Assembly: GCF_036321535.1 (NCBI RefSeq)
Contig: NC_087437.1
Location: forward strand, 83,330,001 to 83,394,000
Length of the DNA: 64,000 nucleotides
From: Camelus dromedarius
Taxonomy: Eukaryota
Reading direction: 5' to 3'
A program made the translations under genes and the position numbers. This document shows, piece by piece, positions 24,810-36,354 of this stretch (position 1 is its first letter; each line of letters begins with the position of its first letter). Below the pieces are notes generated by a model. That model was not told the origin of the DNA, did no database searches, and saw only the letters and a list, made by a program, of their open reading frames with translations.

Positions 24810-26210
24810 TGAGATAAAGTCGTAATCTGGTCTGGTGTCAGGGGCCTGTGTCATGGCCCACCCCTCAACATCCAATGTGTCCCTCTGGGCTCGGCCTTGC
24901 AGCCATTTTCATGCTTCAGTGAGAATGTGTCTCTTTTCCTCCATTTTGAAGAGTCACAAGCAGCTGGTGAACATCTCCCCAGGTGGGCTGGTGAGAATGA
25001 AAGATAGACTTTACAAGGTCAATGAGAGCCTGCGGTTTGACAACCTGATTACAGTCATTACACACCACCAAGTAGAAATCATCATGGGCTGGACCCAGAC
25101 CAATATTGGCATGTCTTCGCGACAGAGCCCCATGACTGTCCCAGCAACGCTTCGGGGCTGGGCAGGGGCCGGCGCTCCCCGACAGTTGCCATGGCAGCAG
25201 CAGTGGTGGCCGCTGAGGTGGAGATGGTGCCGGGGCTGCAGAGGCTGCTGCTGATGCTGCTGTCGCCACCAGGTGGCCGTGGCCGCTGCTCCACCCGCTG
25301 TCACTGCTCAGCCCGGCACCCCTGATGTCATCCGCAGCCCGCTCCGACACTTTCTGCTCCCTTTCTTTGGAGGGCAGGCCAAAAATCCTGATCAGTTTAC
25401 CAGTGGCTCTTCATCTGCTATTATTGTGGAAGCTGTTTGTCTTAATTCTGTTTAGACCATAAAGTGATTGAAAAGCCTGCGGTTTTTCAGAATAGGAAGG
25501 AGTATGATGGCGCCAATTGAGAAGGTCTGTAGTGCTAAAGAGTTGGTAGTAGAGTACAGGATGTCCAGGCTGAGCAGTCCCGTCCTCCCCAACGTGCTGT
25601 GGCACTTGTGTCTCCCGCAGCGGCATTTGAAGGGCCGGTGGTGCTGGTCTCCCAGCTTGTGCTGAGCAGAGCCTCCTTCCTACCTCCTTCCTAGGCTGGG
25701 GCCTGGGCTCTGCCTCTAGGTCCTTAGGTTGGGGAGGTGGTGACACAGAGGGTGGCGGTGTCTCCAATGGGACTGGAGGTGTCGGTGCCCCAGGGGCATA
25801 TGGAGGGGGCAGGCACATCTCGTCCTCTGTGTCTCCCTGGAAAATAGGCTTTTCTCTGTCTTTTTGGCCTGGACCAGCTGAGCTGCTAATACCTTGCATT
25901 GTCCAGGTCCATTTGAGCAGAACCGAATCCATGGGGGTAGAGTCTGGGCAATATTCAGCCAGGAGTCAATGTATGGGAATTGATCTGGGTGGCCTGGGGT
26001 TTCAGTAATTATTCGATAGACTGCTCGCACTGTTGCTAGGTCCAGAGTTCCTCTTGAAGGCCACCCAACTCCAAAGGTTGGCCATTCAAGCTCACACAAA
26101 GTGTGGAACCTGCCAGGGGTTACTTAAACTCCATAGTCTCCTGAGAACCCCTTTCTGGAATTTTTCATCATGCAGCCTAGGGTGGTGGGTTTCAACTTCG
26201 AGCCTCCCAT
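24810..26210 (-). pseudogene. gag: ERV gag remnant (MA, Pro-rich PPPY region, start of CA), interrupted by the ATXN7 insert
   Basis: ATG at 26210: MGGSKLKPTTLGCMMKNFQKGFSGDYG..LCELEWPTFGVGWP..GHPDQFPYIDSW; PPPY late domain; [41 protein letters not shown]. Confidence 0.93.
25027..25485 (-). pseudogene. ATXN7: Processed, circularly permuted ATXN7 fragment (putative circRNA-derived) inside gag
   Basis: Peptides [43 protein letters not shown] and [22 protein letters not shown] match the ATXN7 N-terminus; the FQS(H/L)Y continuation lies upstream of the start codon; no introns, no poly(A). Confidence 0.92.
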
Positions 26211-27025
26211 TCTGTCTAGATGTTTAAGGATAATACATCTGTTGCTTTGGGTGTTTGGGAAGGTAGCCTTTATATCTTTTCCTTCTTCACTCTTCAAAAC
26301 ACCAGAGTTCCCAGAAAGACCACTCTCTTGCTGGGTCTATTAGTTGTTTGAAGGTTAATTTCATCAGGGAGTCTGGGTTCCAGTCACAGCTGATGTCTCT
26401 GGAGCTCAAGGCCTCAAGCAGTTCCAGGGGCTTCCTCATTAAATCCTCTCTATATCTTGAACTAACGTGCCAAGGGCGTGGGACTGACGGCTGATGGCAA
26501 GACAAATGGACTAGAAAGGGGACATCCAAGGCTGGGTGAGCCCAGTCCTGAAGAAATCCATCTTCTAAACTCAATTCCTGGGCGTCTGAGGCTAGGCAAA
26601 AGGGGCACTCCTTGGGTCAGTTCAATAGGGGAACAATAAGTCTCGGGTGTTCTATGACAGAGCCAGGTAGGAGACTTTTTTGAAGAAATAGCATCCTAGC
26701 CTCTGAGGGCACAGGTGGCGTTGACTCATTGGCTCTTTTATGTCTCTTTCCCTCCCAGTGTAGCCACCCTGTGCTGGTGTCACAGACAAGGGAGAGTTTT
26801 CGCTGTGTCTGCCTGGCCACTCCCCTCGCGGGGACAAAAGTGCCACTTAGCTTTGGTGGGTCTGTATAAGCCACTGACTCTGATCGGGACCCTGAGGGAC
26901 TGATACCGCCCTGAGCCATATGAGGTCACCATGGAACTGCAGGTTGGGACTCACTCGAACTCTGTAGCAGAATGCCATGGAGCTACAAACTCAAGCCTGA
27001 CTGCATGCTTCACAGGCCACACATT

Positions 27026-27029
<4 letters not shown>

Positions 27030-27061
<32 letters not shown>
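27030..27061. repeat. (CA)n microsatellite in the ERV leader
   Basis: Visible CA run. Confidence 0.9.
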
Positions 27062-27067
<6 letters not shown>

Positions 27068-27378
27068 AACAACAGTCCCACCAATCCCAATATCCTGTTT
27101 CCTGTAGGAGGGGATCAGCCTCCTCTTCTGTCCACTGGGGCAGGACCTGATTTCTCCCAGGGGGTTCCTACCTTCTCCGGACAGCCACCTGGTGAGTCTG
27201 TCTGTCCCTCCACCGAGTCTGGCTCTGGTTGTAGCCCAGCCACCCGGGGGGCCAAGTCACCATCATGAAAGAGAACCCGGAATACCATCGGGCGGCGCCA
27301 CCTCGTTCGCTGCCGGAGTCCCGTCCCCCCATCGGCCAGAGCCACCAGTCTAGCGGCTCAAGGGGCTGGCGTTGTTGA

Positions 27379-27396
27379 ATCTCGCTGGGGCCTCCA
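27379..27396 (-). promoter_or_regulatory. Primer binding site complementary to tRNA-Thr(UGU)
   Basis: TGGAGGCCCCAGCGAGAT, 4 nt inside the 5' LTR; complement of the recalled tRNA-Thr(TGT) 3' end ATCTCGCTGGGGCCTCCA. Confidence 0.85.
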
Positions 27397-27400
27397 GAAA

Positions 27401-27778
27401 TGTATGGAAACAACAAGCCAGCCAAGAAACAAGCACCACTCAGAGGGTTGGAGTACTCAGATTTATTACGGCGGCAGTCTCAGTGGGGCTTCTGCTCCAA
27501 AGCTCGAGCACCTCCAAGATGTGCGCATGAGGTTTTATAGGGTTAATTACAAGCTTGGGGTATTTGGCCAATAGGCATGGAATAGCTTTAGCAGCATCAT
27601 TATCACGAAAGTAGAGGCAGGGAGGCAGCAAACCAACATTTCAAGGCCAGATATGTCTCTCTGAAAATCCAGCTGGCTAGGAAAAAAAAAAAAAAAAAAA
27701 AACATGAGCAGGGAATTACCAAACTAACACTTATGAACTTAGATATATGAGTTAGCCCAGCCCGGCTTTTCCTTCACA
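27401..27778 (-). repeat. ERV 5' LTR (378 bp)
   Basis: TG..CA ends; TATAAAA (about 27533-27539) and AATAAA (27462-27467) on the minus strand; adjacent to the PBS. Confidence 0.95.
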
Positions 27779-28589
27779 GCTTGTTTCTTTCTTTTAAAAA
27801 TAAAAAGTAACATTTTAATTGAGGAAGAAAATTGAGAATGTAGAAAGCACAAAGAAAACAAATTGCTGTAATCTTACTAATCACTGCTTACTACCCAAAT
27901 GTTAACTTTTTGGGTTTTTTTCTTCTACCTTTAACCCATGGAATGATATCTCTGTATACTTATTTCCAGAAATTATATATACATTTATATACACTTAATT
28001 TAAATAAACATTTATACATATATAAATAATATCAGAGTATTGCTACACATAATGTTTCACAAATGATTTTTAATTTAATAACATATCATTCATATTTTCC
28101 TATGTTACTAGTTTGAAAAACTTTTGGGTTATCTCCCTGGCTATGTCATTTTCATAAAAACCTATAATTATGTATACACATATTCACATAATCATATTTA
28201 TCTAATTCTATATTTTTGATTAAACTTAGCAAGAAATACGCCTGACCTATGTGTATTTGGCAAAAATGAAAGACTACTGAGAAGTATAAAATTTGTTTAG
28301 TATATGAAATCTGTAATTTTATCTAAACAAAAAGACTTGATCTAGTCAAGGAGGTAAATTTCCCAAATTAATATATACATTTTATAAAGTACATGCAATC
28401 ACAAACAAAATCATTGGGAGATAGTTTGACTAGTAAATTCTAATTTATCTGGAAGAGGAAATTTGTTTTCTTAAGTAAAGAGATTATTTGAGAAAAATAA
28501 AGACGTTCCATGCCCAATATAGCAATACACCATTGAAACTATGCTTGATGTCCTCCCAGTTCACTATGGGTAGGAAGTCATCAAGAGGA

Positions 28590-28820
28590 AGAGCAGCAGA
28601 GTTGATTATGAGCATAGACTTTGGAAAGACAGACTTGGATTCAAATCTGACTTTTCCTCTAATACTTTGGTCGGTAAGTTAAATTCTCTAAGCCTTGATT
28701 TCCTCATTTTAAAAGAAAGTTATAATGTGCACTTACAGGTTGTTGCAAGAGTCAAAAGAGAGGATGAATGTGTAGTCTTAACCTTGTACTTGACAGATAA
28801 CAAGGGCTCATTAATAATAA
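28590..28820 (+). mobile_element. MIR SINE remnant
   Basis: GACTTGGATTCAAATCTGACTT..GTAAGTTAAATTCTCTAAGCCTTGATTTCCTCATTTTAAAA resembles the MIR core. Confidence 0.6.
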
Positions 28821-29877
28821 CTTTCAGTATCTGTCTGTCAGCTATTTTTGTTATGCAAAGGAAGGCAGATAAGCTCTTTTGTTAGGGTTTGGTGTCTTGG
28901 GTGAGCAAATTTGAGATATGTATTATTCTGTTACCAATTTGTGATGAGGGCAGTTTAACTTTGTACATAAAATAACTTTTACATCTAGCTCAAGCCATCT
29001 GAAAGCTGGCACAGAGAACACAAAATAGGATTTTTGTGGGGTAAATGAGATACATCACCTGTAAGGAAAAACATAGGTATAATGTTATAAAAAGAAACAT
29101 TAAATATTTTCCTAAAAATTACAGACATTATGGTATTTCACAGCTTAACACTTCAGACTGCATCTTAACAAACAAGGACATTTTCCTTCCCACCCACAAT
29201 ACTATTTGGACATCAGAAAGATTAATACTGTTCTCTCAATACCATCTAGGAATTCATCTATATTAAAATTTATCCAATTGTTCTCAAACTGTCTTTTATA
29301 GCACTGCATTGTATTTATTTATTGTAGCTATCAAAACTTTTCATCCAGAGCCGTCTCATTTCTTTCCACTTCATTTACTTGTTTTTGTTTTTATTTTTAT
29401 TGTTAATCATTTTTCTCCCTAATGGCTATGACTTGTTGGACAGATGAGCCAGTTGTTCATTTGTCTTGTGGAAGGTTCCGCATTCTGGATTTGCCTATTG
29501 GCTTTGTTTGACTTATTTTCCTATTCCCTGTATTTTTCTGTTGCCAGTGGAAATTATATCTAAAGGCTTGATTAAGCATTTTTGAGAAGAATACTTCATA
29601 GATGATGTTATGCACTTCATATTGCATCACACCGGAACGTCTGTCTCATTATTACTGAGGCTTGATGTGAACTGTGGGTTAAGGTAATAGCCAGATCTCT
29701 CCACTGTAAAATTATGTGTTTTTCCTAACATCTAGCAAGTAATTAATGATATGATTCTTAAGCACCTTGCAAATATTCCCTGCCCCCATTCACATTTTTG
29801 CTAGGGTTTATAGCATCCTTTGATTATCCTTGCAGAATCAATTATGTCATTAGGAATTTCAAGTGGTAATTTTTTAT

Positions 29878-31724
29878 TGAAGTATAGTTAATTTGCAATA
29901 TTCTGTTAGTATCAAGTGTACACCATAGTGAGTCAGTATATTTGCAAATTATATTCCATTATAGGTGATTACAAGATACTGAGTATAATTCCCTGTGCTA
30001 TATAGTAAATGCTTGTTGCTTATCAATTTTATGTATAGTAGTTTGTATCTATTAATCCCATACCCCTAATTTGTCCCTCCTCTCCCTCTCTCTCCCATTT
30101 GGTAACCAAAAGTTGGTTTCTATGTCTGTCTGTTTCTCTTTTGTATATATACTCATTTGTATTATTTTAAGATTCAACATATAAGTGATATATAGTATTT
30201 GTCTTTCTCTGTCTGATTTATTTCACTAAGCACAATATTCTCTAGGTCCATCCACATTGCTGCAATTGGCAAAATTTTATCCTTTTTTATGGTTGAGTAA
30301 CATTGCATTGTATATATACCACTTCTTCTTAATGCAGTTATCTTTTGATGGCTGCTTGGTTTGCTTCCATGTCTTGGCTATTGTAAATAGTGCTGCTGTC
30401 AACAATATTGCATGTATCTTTTTGAATTAGTGTTTTTGGTTTTTTCCGGATATATACCCAGGATTGGAATGCCTGAATCATATGAAATTTTACTTTTAGG
30501 TTTTTAAGGAACCTCTACACTTTTTTCCTTAATGGCTGCACCATTTTACATTTCCTCCATCAGTGTATGAGGGTTTCCTTTTCTCCTCATACTCACCAAC
30601 ATTTGTTATTTGTAGACTTTTTGATGATAGCTGTTCTGCTGTCATCGACAGGTGTGAAGTGATTTCTCATTGGTGCAGTTTTGGGTTTTTTTTGTATTTC
30701 TCAGTAATTAGCAATGTTGATCATCTTTTCATGTGCCTTGTAGCTATCTGGATGTCTTCTTTGGAAAAATGCATATTCAAGTCTTCTGCCCAGTTTTTAA
30801 TTGGATTGTTTGGTCTTTTAACATTGAGTTGTATGAGCTGTTTGTATATTCTGGATATTAACCTCTTGTCAGTCATATCATTCACAAGTATTTTCTCCCA
30901 TTTTATAAGTTTTCTTTTCATCTTGTTAATGGCTTCCTTTGTTGTGCAAAAGCTTTTAAGTCTAATTAGGTTGTATTTGTTTATTTTTTTCTTTCATTGC
31001 TTTTGCCTTGGGAGACTGATACAAAATATGTTACTATGATTTATGTCACAAGTGTTTCTCCTATACTCTCTTCTATGATTTTCATGGTTTCATATCTTAC
31101 ATTTAGGTATTTAAACTATTTTGAGTATATTTTTGTATATGGTATGAAGGAGTGTTCTAATTTCATTCTTTTACTTATAGTTGTCCAATTTTGCCAGCAC
31201 CACTTGTTGAAGAGACTGTCTTTTCTCCAGTGTATATTCTTACCTCCTTTGTCATTAATTAATAGGTGCCAGGGTTTATTTCTGGGCTCTCTCTTCTGTT
31301 CCATTAACCTATGTGTCTGTTTTGTGCAAATACCATACTGTTTTGATTATTGTATATTTGTAGTATAGTCTGAATTCTGGGAGGTTTATACCTCCAGCTT
31401 TGTTCTTTCTTCTCAGGATAGCTGTGGCAATTTGGCATATTTTGTGGTTCTATATAAATGTTAAGATTATTTGTTCTAGTCTGGGAAAAATACCATGAAT
31501 GTTTTGACAGATTTCACTCAGTCTGTAGATTGCTTTCAGTAGTGTGGTCACTTAAATAATATTGAGTCTTCCAATCCAAAGCCACAGGATATCTTTACAT
31601 TTCTTTGAATCATCTTCAGTTTTCTTCATGAATGTTTTATAGTTTTTACCATATAATTCTTTCACCTCCTTGGTTAACTTTATTCCTAGGTAGTCTACTT
31701 TGGTTTGGGATGCAATTTTAAACA

Positions 31725-31760
<36 letters not shown>

Positions 31761-31959
31761 CTGATATTTCATTATTAGTATATAGAAATGCAACAGATTT
31801 CTGTATATTAATCTTGTATCCTGCAGTCTTGCTGAAATCACTTATTGGTTCTAATCGTTTTTGAGTGGGGATTTTAGGGTTCTCTATATAGAGCATCATG
31901 CCATTTGCAATTATAACAACTTTACTACTTCCATTCCAATTTGGATACTTTTTATTTTA
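29878..31959 (-). mobile_element. 5'-truncated L1 with 17-bp TSD
   Basis: ORF2 peptides ([28 protein letters not shown]) and L1 3'UTR; TSD AAGTGGTAATTTTTTAT at 29861-29877 and 31960-31976. Confidence 0.93.
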
Positions 31960-32974
31960 AAGTGGTAATTTTTTATGCTGTAGTTGATTCCTCAGTTTTA
32001 GCTGGCATACTGTAACACATCAGAAATGAGAATAATATGACAAAATGATTTGAACCATATCATATAAAAGAAATAGAAATTTCAATCAAATGTCTAAACA
32101 TTGTTTAGACTCATTTGACCTTAACAGAAGTTCAGAGCTGCTTCTCAAAGTCCCCCAAAAGCCCAGCCTTCCCCTAAGATGCAAAAAAAAACCTGTTACT
32201 AATTCAGTTAAGGCTTATTTGAAATAGTTTAGTCATTCAGTTTACAAATAAATTTGAGTGGCTAGTACAGTAATTATGGTAATATCATTTTAATTTTGTT
32301 TCATTTAACTTTGCAAAAATTTTTTCACATAAACTACCTTCTTTCTCTACAGTGTTGGAGCTCCTGACATTTCTCACAGTATCTTGATATAAATGAAAAG
32401 AATTCCAAAGTGGTCACACCGGCAGTCTAGAGACAATACCATGTGACAGTGGTTCTTCTTTAAGCGAGGCCCTTTACTGATTTTGTAACTTTGGGAAAGT
32501 TAGATCTTAAACTTCCTCATAAAAGTAAAACCTCATAAAAAAAAGTATAAAAATTTTTTTTCCTCATTAAAAAGTATAAAAATTTGTATAGTGATATAGT
32601 CTCTGTAATGTACATCCTCATATATTAAATCACCTGATCAGCTTATCACAAGCATAAATGCATATTATTATCACCACTGTACAAATGAAGAAATTACAGC
32701 ACTATTAGGTTAGCATCAAACATTGTTCTTTCACCTCTCTAAGCAATAGCGGATTTAATGGAGGCTACTGTGATCACTTCTGGCCTTATCTGAGTCATAG
32801 TAAAAAATAATAGGTCTTCTGATTTAACATCCTGGGCTTTTCCATTACTCTGGGCTTCCAGACTTGTGAATGGAAGAAATACCTCCTCTTTTCTATTCTT
32901 CCAAAGTGCCTGAGAGGGTCAATTAAGATAATTCGGATGAAAACATTAAATTGAGTAAGGTTTAATATGAGATA

Positions 32975-33337
32975 GTGACTTAGTCCATTCAGGCTAATAT
33001 CAAAACAAACTATAGTCTGCATAGCTTATGAAAAACAGAAATTTATTTTTCACATTTCTGGAGGCTGGGAAGTCTAAACCCAAGGTGACAGCATGATGGA
33101 ATTCTGGTGAATGCCCTCTTCCTGGTCCACAGCCTCCACATTCAAATGTGTCCTCACATGGAGAAAAAGGCTAGGGCTCTCTCTGAAACATCTTTTATAA
33201 GGCACTAATCCCATTCATGAGGCTTCCACCATATGATTTAAGCAACTTCCAAAGGTCCTACCTCTTAAAAACATCATCTCTGGGGCTTGGGATTCCAACA
33301 TATGAATGTTGAGGTGACACAAACATTCAGACCATAG
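32975..33337. mobile_element. MLT1A-like MaLR LTR
   Basis: TGACTTAGTCCATTCAGGCT..AACAGAAATTTATT..CTGGAGGCTGGGAAGTC..GGCACTAATCCCATTCATGA; same family as 55349-55700. Confidence 0.75.
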
Positions 33338-36300
33338 AGGTAGGCTTTCCTATGTAGTAGAAGTCAGAATTCAAACTCTAAAGCAGTGGCCATGGATGCT
33401 TGAGCATTTTACTGCTTTGTCTCTCAAAAGGTGGTCCAAGGCCCACCTGCATCAGAATCACCTGGGATGCTTCTGAATAATGCAGAACCTCAGGCCCACC
33501 AATGATCTGCTGAATCCAGCAGTATGGAGAACTGTCCAACCTAAAGAAAATATCTGCTGAACTATGAGATTCTAAGAAGACAAAAAAAAAAAAAAAAGAA
33601 TTTGTAAGAAAGAGTTACAGGCAGCTTTTTTGTGAACTGTCTGGATATGCATGGTATAACTCCCCAAACTGATTACCTGATGGGAGTTTAAAGAAATTAG
33701 TGTCATCTACAGTGTTTTCATGAATGCATTTGCTTTCAGACAACAAACTCCAGGTCCACACTCACTATCATTGAGATAGTTGTTTTCGACTATCAAGAAC
33801 AACCAGAGAACAAGAACCATCTCAGGATTTTACTTGTCTCTTAAAACAGGAACTTTCAAACTGGCCTGCACATTGGCATCACCTGGGCTGTTAAAGATAG
33901 ACCAAAGCTGGGTCACATCTCCAGAGAACCTGATTTCCCTGGTCTGAGATTGCATCAGAGGATCTTTATTTGAAAAGACCTTAGGTGATGCCATCATGCC
34001 CCTAGGATTGTGACCCACAGTCTCAAATAAATATATATACTGTGCAGTACACAGCAGGTATATATCATTATTCTGGTTGTCTTGTCAAAAACATGGAAGA
34101 ATAAAAGTCTTGAGAGAAATGGGCTAAAGCATCATAAAGTAGCCTTTTTGATAGACAAATCACTGTAGCAGTCACACAGAGAAGTTCCTCTAGTCCATGC
34201 TAATCATCTCATCTCCGTCAATGGCTTGCTAAGTTTCATCATGGTCTCCAGTCATTACCAACACTGGCTGCACATTATAATCACTTGGAGCAGTTTCTAA
34301 AAGTACAGAAGCCTGAAACCTCCTTCTAGAGACTCTAATTTGTTTGGTTTGGGTTGATAACCAAGAGTGGGAACCACTATCTGTACTCTCTGTACTCTCT
34401 GGGTGAGGAAGAAGAAAATATGCAAGGAAGAAGAAAATATGCAAGACCTGGTTGATGACACTTAGTCTAACTCTGTTACTTGTTATCAGAAGGGTCTGAT
34501 GCATCAAAAAATTATGCAGTTTTATAGTACTCTGTAAACTGAACTGTGACGCACCCGATTATGAGGCTACTCAGTGGATTCCAAGCCATCTTTCATTTAA
34601 AATAGGAAACCTTGAAAAATAAGTTTCTGCAAAGAGCTCACAGGATCCTATGGAAAACCTAGCACAGGGACCTGAACTTACACGTAAAATATACGAAGTT
34701 AGGAAGCATATCCAGAGGGTTCCTTTCACTCCCTTACCCCAGGGCACAGGGTGGCATGAGAAGAAGCAGTTGGCGGTATTCTGGCCGCATCTCCTTCCCT
34801 GTGCTCTTCAGCCATCAGCGTCAGGTCATTCTGTTGTCCTGTTTTACTCTCATGAACATACTTACTTGTCCTTAGTCACCTTTGGCTTTTGGCTTTTATT
34901 CCCTCACCTATCTGGTGTTTTCCTCCCCCTCACATAACACCTTACAGGAATGTAGAAAAAGCAAAGGGCAGAGGAAAAAAGCATGGGCTCGGGCATCCCA
35001 CTGCCTGAAATAATAAAGTTATAAAGGAGACAAAGAATGACTATCTATTGACACATAGCAATTGTGTAACAGCCAAGCCTAAATAGCCTGTATGGCAAAT
35101 AGAAGAAGGAGAGGAAGCTTTGCCACTGGCCTTGACTGTGGAGGGATGGAGACAGGAGCTCCTTGCACCACAGGGAGCAAGCTGCTTAGAAGGAGCCCTC
35201 ACAGCAGAAGGCGGAGCTCAGATGCAGGGACAGTGACTAGGGTCTCAGGAAACTAGGCTGACACACCTGTGCTGAAGGCAGTCTGCCCACCTTGGGCTTG
35301 GGGTTATCTGACCCACAAGTGGTTTATTCCCTTAAATCAATGAACAGGCTAGAGGTGAGGAGAATGCATCATGTATATGAGGATATTTTTCCCGTATTTT
35401 CTGCTAGGATATTGACAAGGCCAAATGTAATAAAGTCAGGAGACCAAAGGGCAAAAGGACCAGATGGAAAACATGCATAGCTTTTGTAAGGAAAAATCCA
35501 TTTAACTTATGTAATTATCAGTCGATCAAGCACACCTGCTATTTCAGGTAGTTGTCAATTCCAGAAAAAAAATACATATATATACACACACATCTGTATT
35601 CAATCATTATAAGTTTGTCAGAAACAATGTATTCAGAAGAATACTTAATAAATTTAAAGAAGTTTTTAAAACTCAGAACTTTTCATTATGTTGCAGGAAA
35701 TTATTTTAAGTTAAAAAAATTATTTTAAGTATTAAAAAATTTGCATATCTTTTCATGAATGCAATACAAATATAAGTTAATTTTAAAAATTACTGTTAAA
35801 CTTCCTAAATAATCATTTAAATGCCTCAAGATAAATATATCTTGTCATATTTAGTCTAACAATATTACTTTGGTGTACATATCATTTGGATCATCATAAA
35901 TAGCCACTAAACGGGAGATTTTTTTTTAATTACACAAGAATGACTTAGGAGGGCATGAGTAATTTTAAACAGAGAATTTACACACTGAGTCTTCCTTTAA
36001 AAGAATATAAGTTCTAAAGAGTTTTAAAATGCGTATATTTGAAAACGCAAGTGCTCATCTATATCACAAACTTAGGAATTTGGGGACTTCAGTCTCAATT
36101 TCATCTATAAGGACAGATTTAAACCAACAACAGCAAAAAGTCAATGATGTCTATCCTTACTGTGCTCACTAATATTTTAATGATCACATTAACCTAATTC
36201 TTAGACAAATATATCTAGTGTAAATATTATTATCCATGCATTTAACAATTACTTATTTAGACCATACCATGTGCAAAGCCCAGGGCCAGTTATTATGCTC

Positions 36301-36354
36301 TGTTTAAACAGAGAGTTAAAAGGAGCGAACAGTGACTATTTTCCTGGAAAATGT

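Larger units (their letters stand above)
21517..27778 (-). mobile_element. Defective class I (gamma-like) endogenous retrovirus, 6.26 kb, with two LTRs
   Basis: Two LTRs, TSD GCTT (21513-21516, 27779-27782), PBS, polypurine tract, and gag/pol/env remnants in order on the minus strand; empty site TTTTATAACTTGTTTC at 40292-40307 in the duplicate copy. Confidence 0.97.
15795..32270. repeat. Tandem segmental duplication, copy A (contains OR2); paralogous to about 35008-44582
   Basis: Collinear non-coding similarity by eye throughout (e.g. 15900 vs 35123, 19550 vs 38812, 20820 vs 39601, 32240 vs 44553), interrupted by copy-specific insertions. Confidence 0.85.

Noticed and set aside
24916..25350. 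A functional ATXN7 gene or paralogue
   Set aside because: Fragment only, permuted, start codon is GTG, with internal deletions and frameshifts, and embedded in gag
25027..25485. A conventional L1-processed pseudogene inserted into the ERV
   Set aside because: No poly(A), exon order is permuted, and the flanking repeat is GC-rich ATXN7-coding sequence rather than a TT/AAAA target duplication
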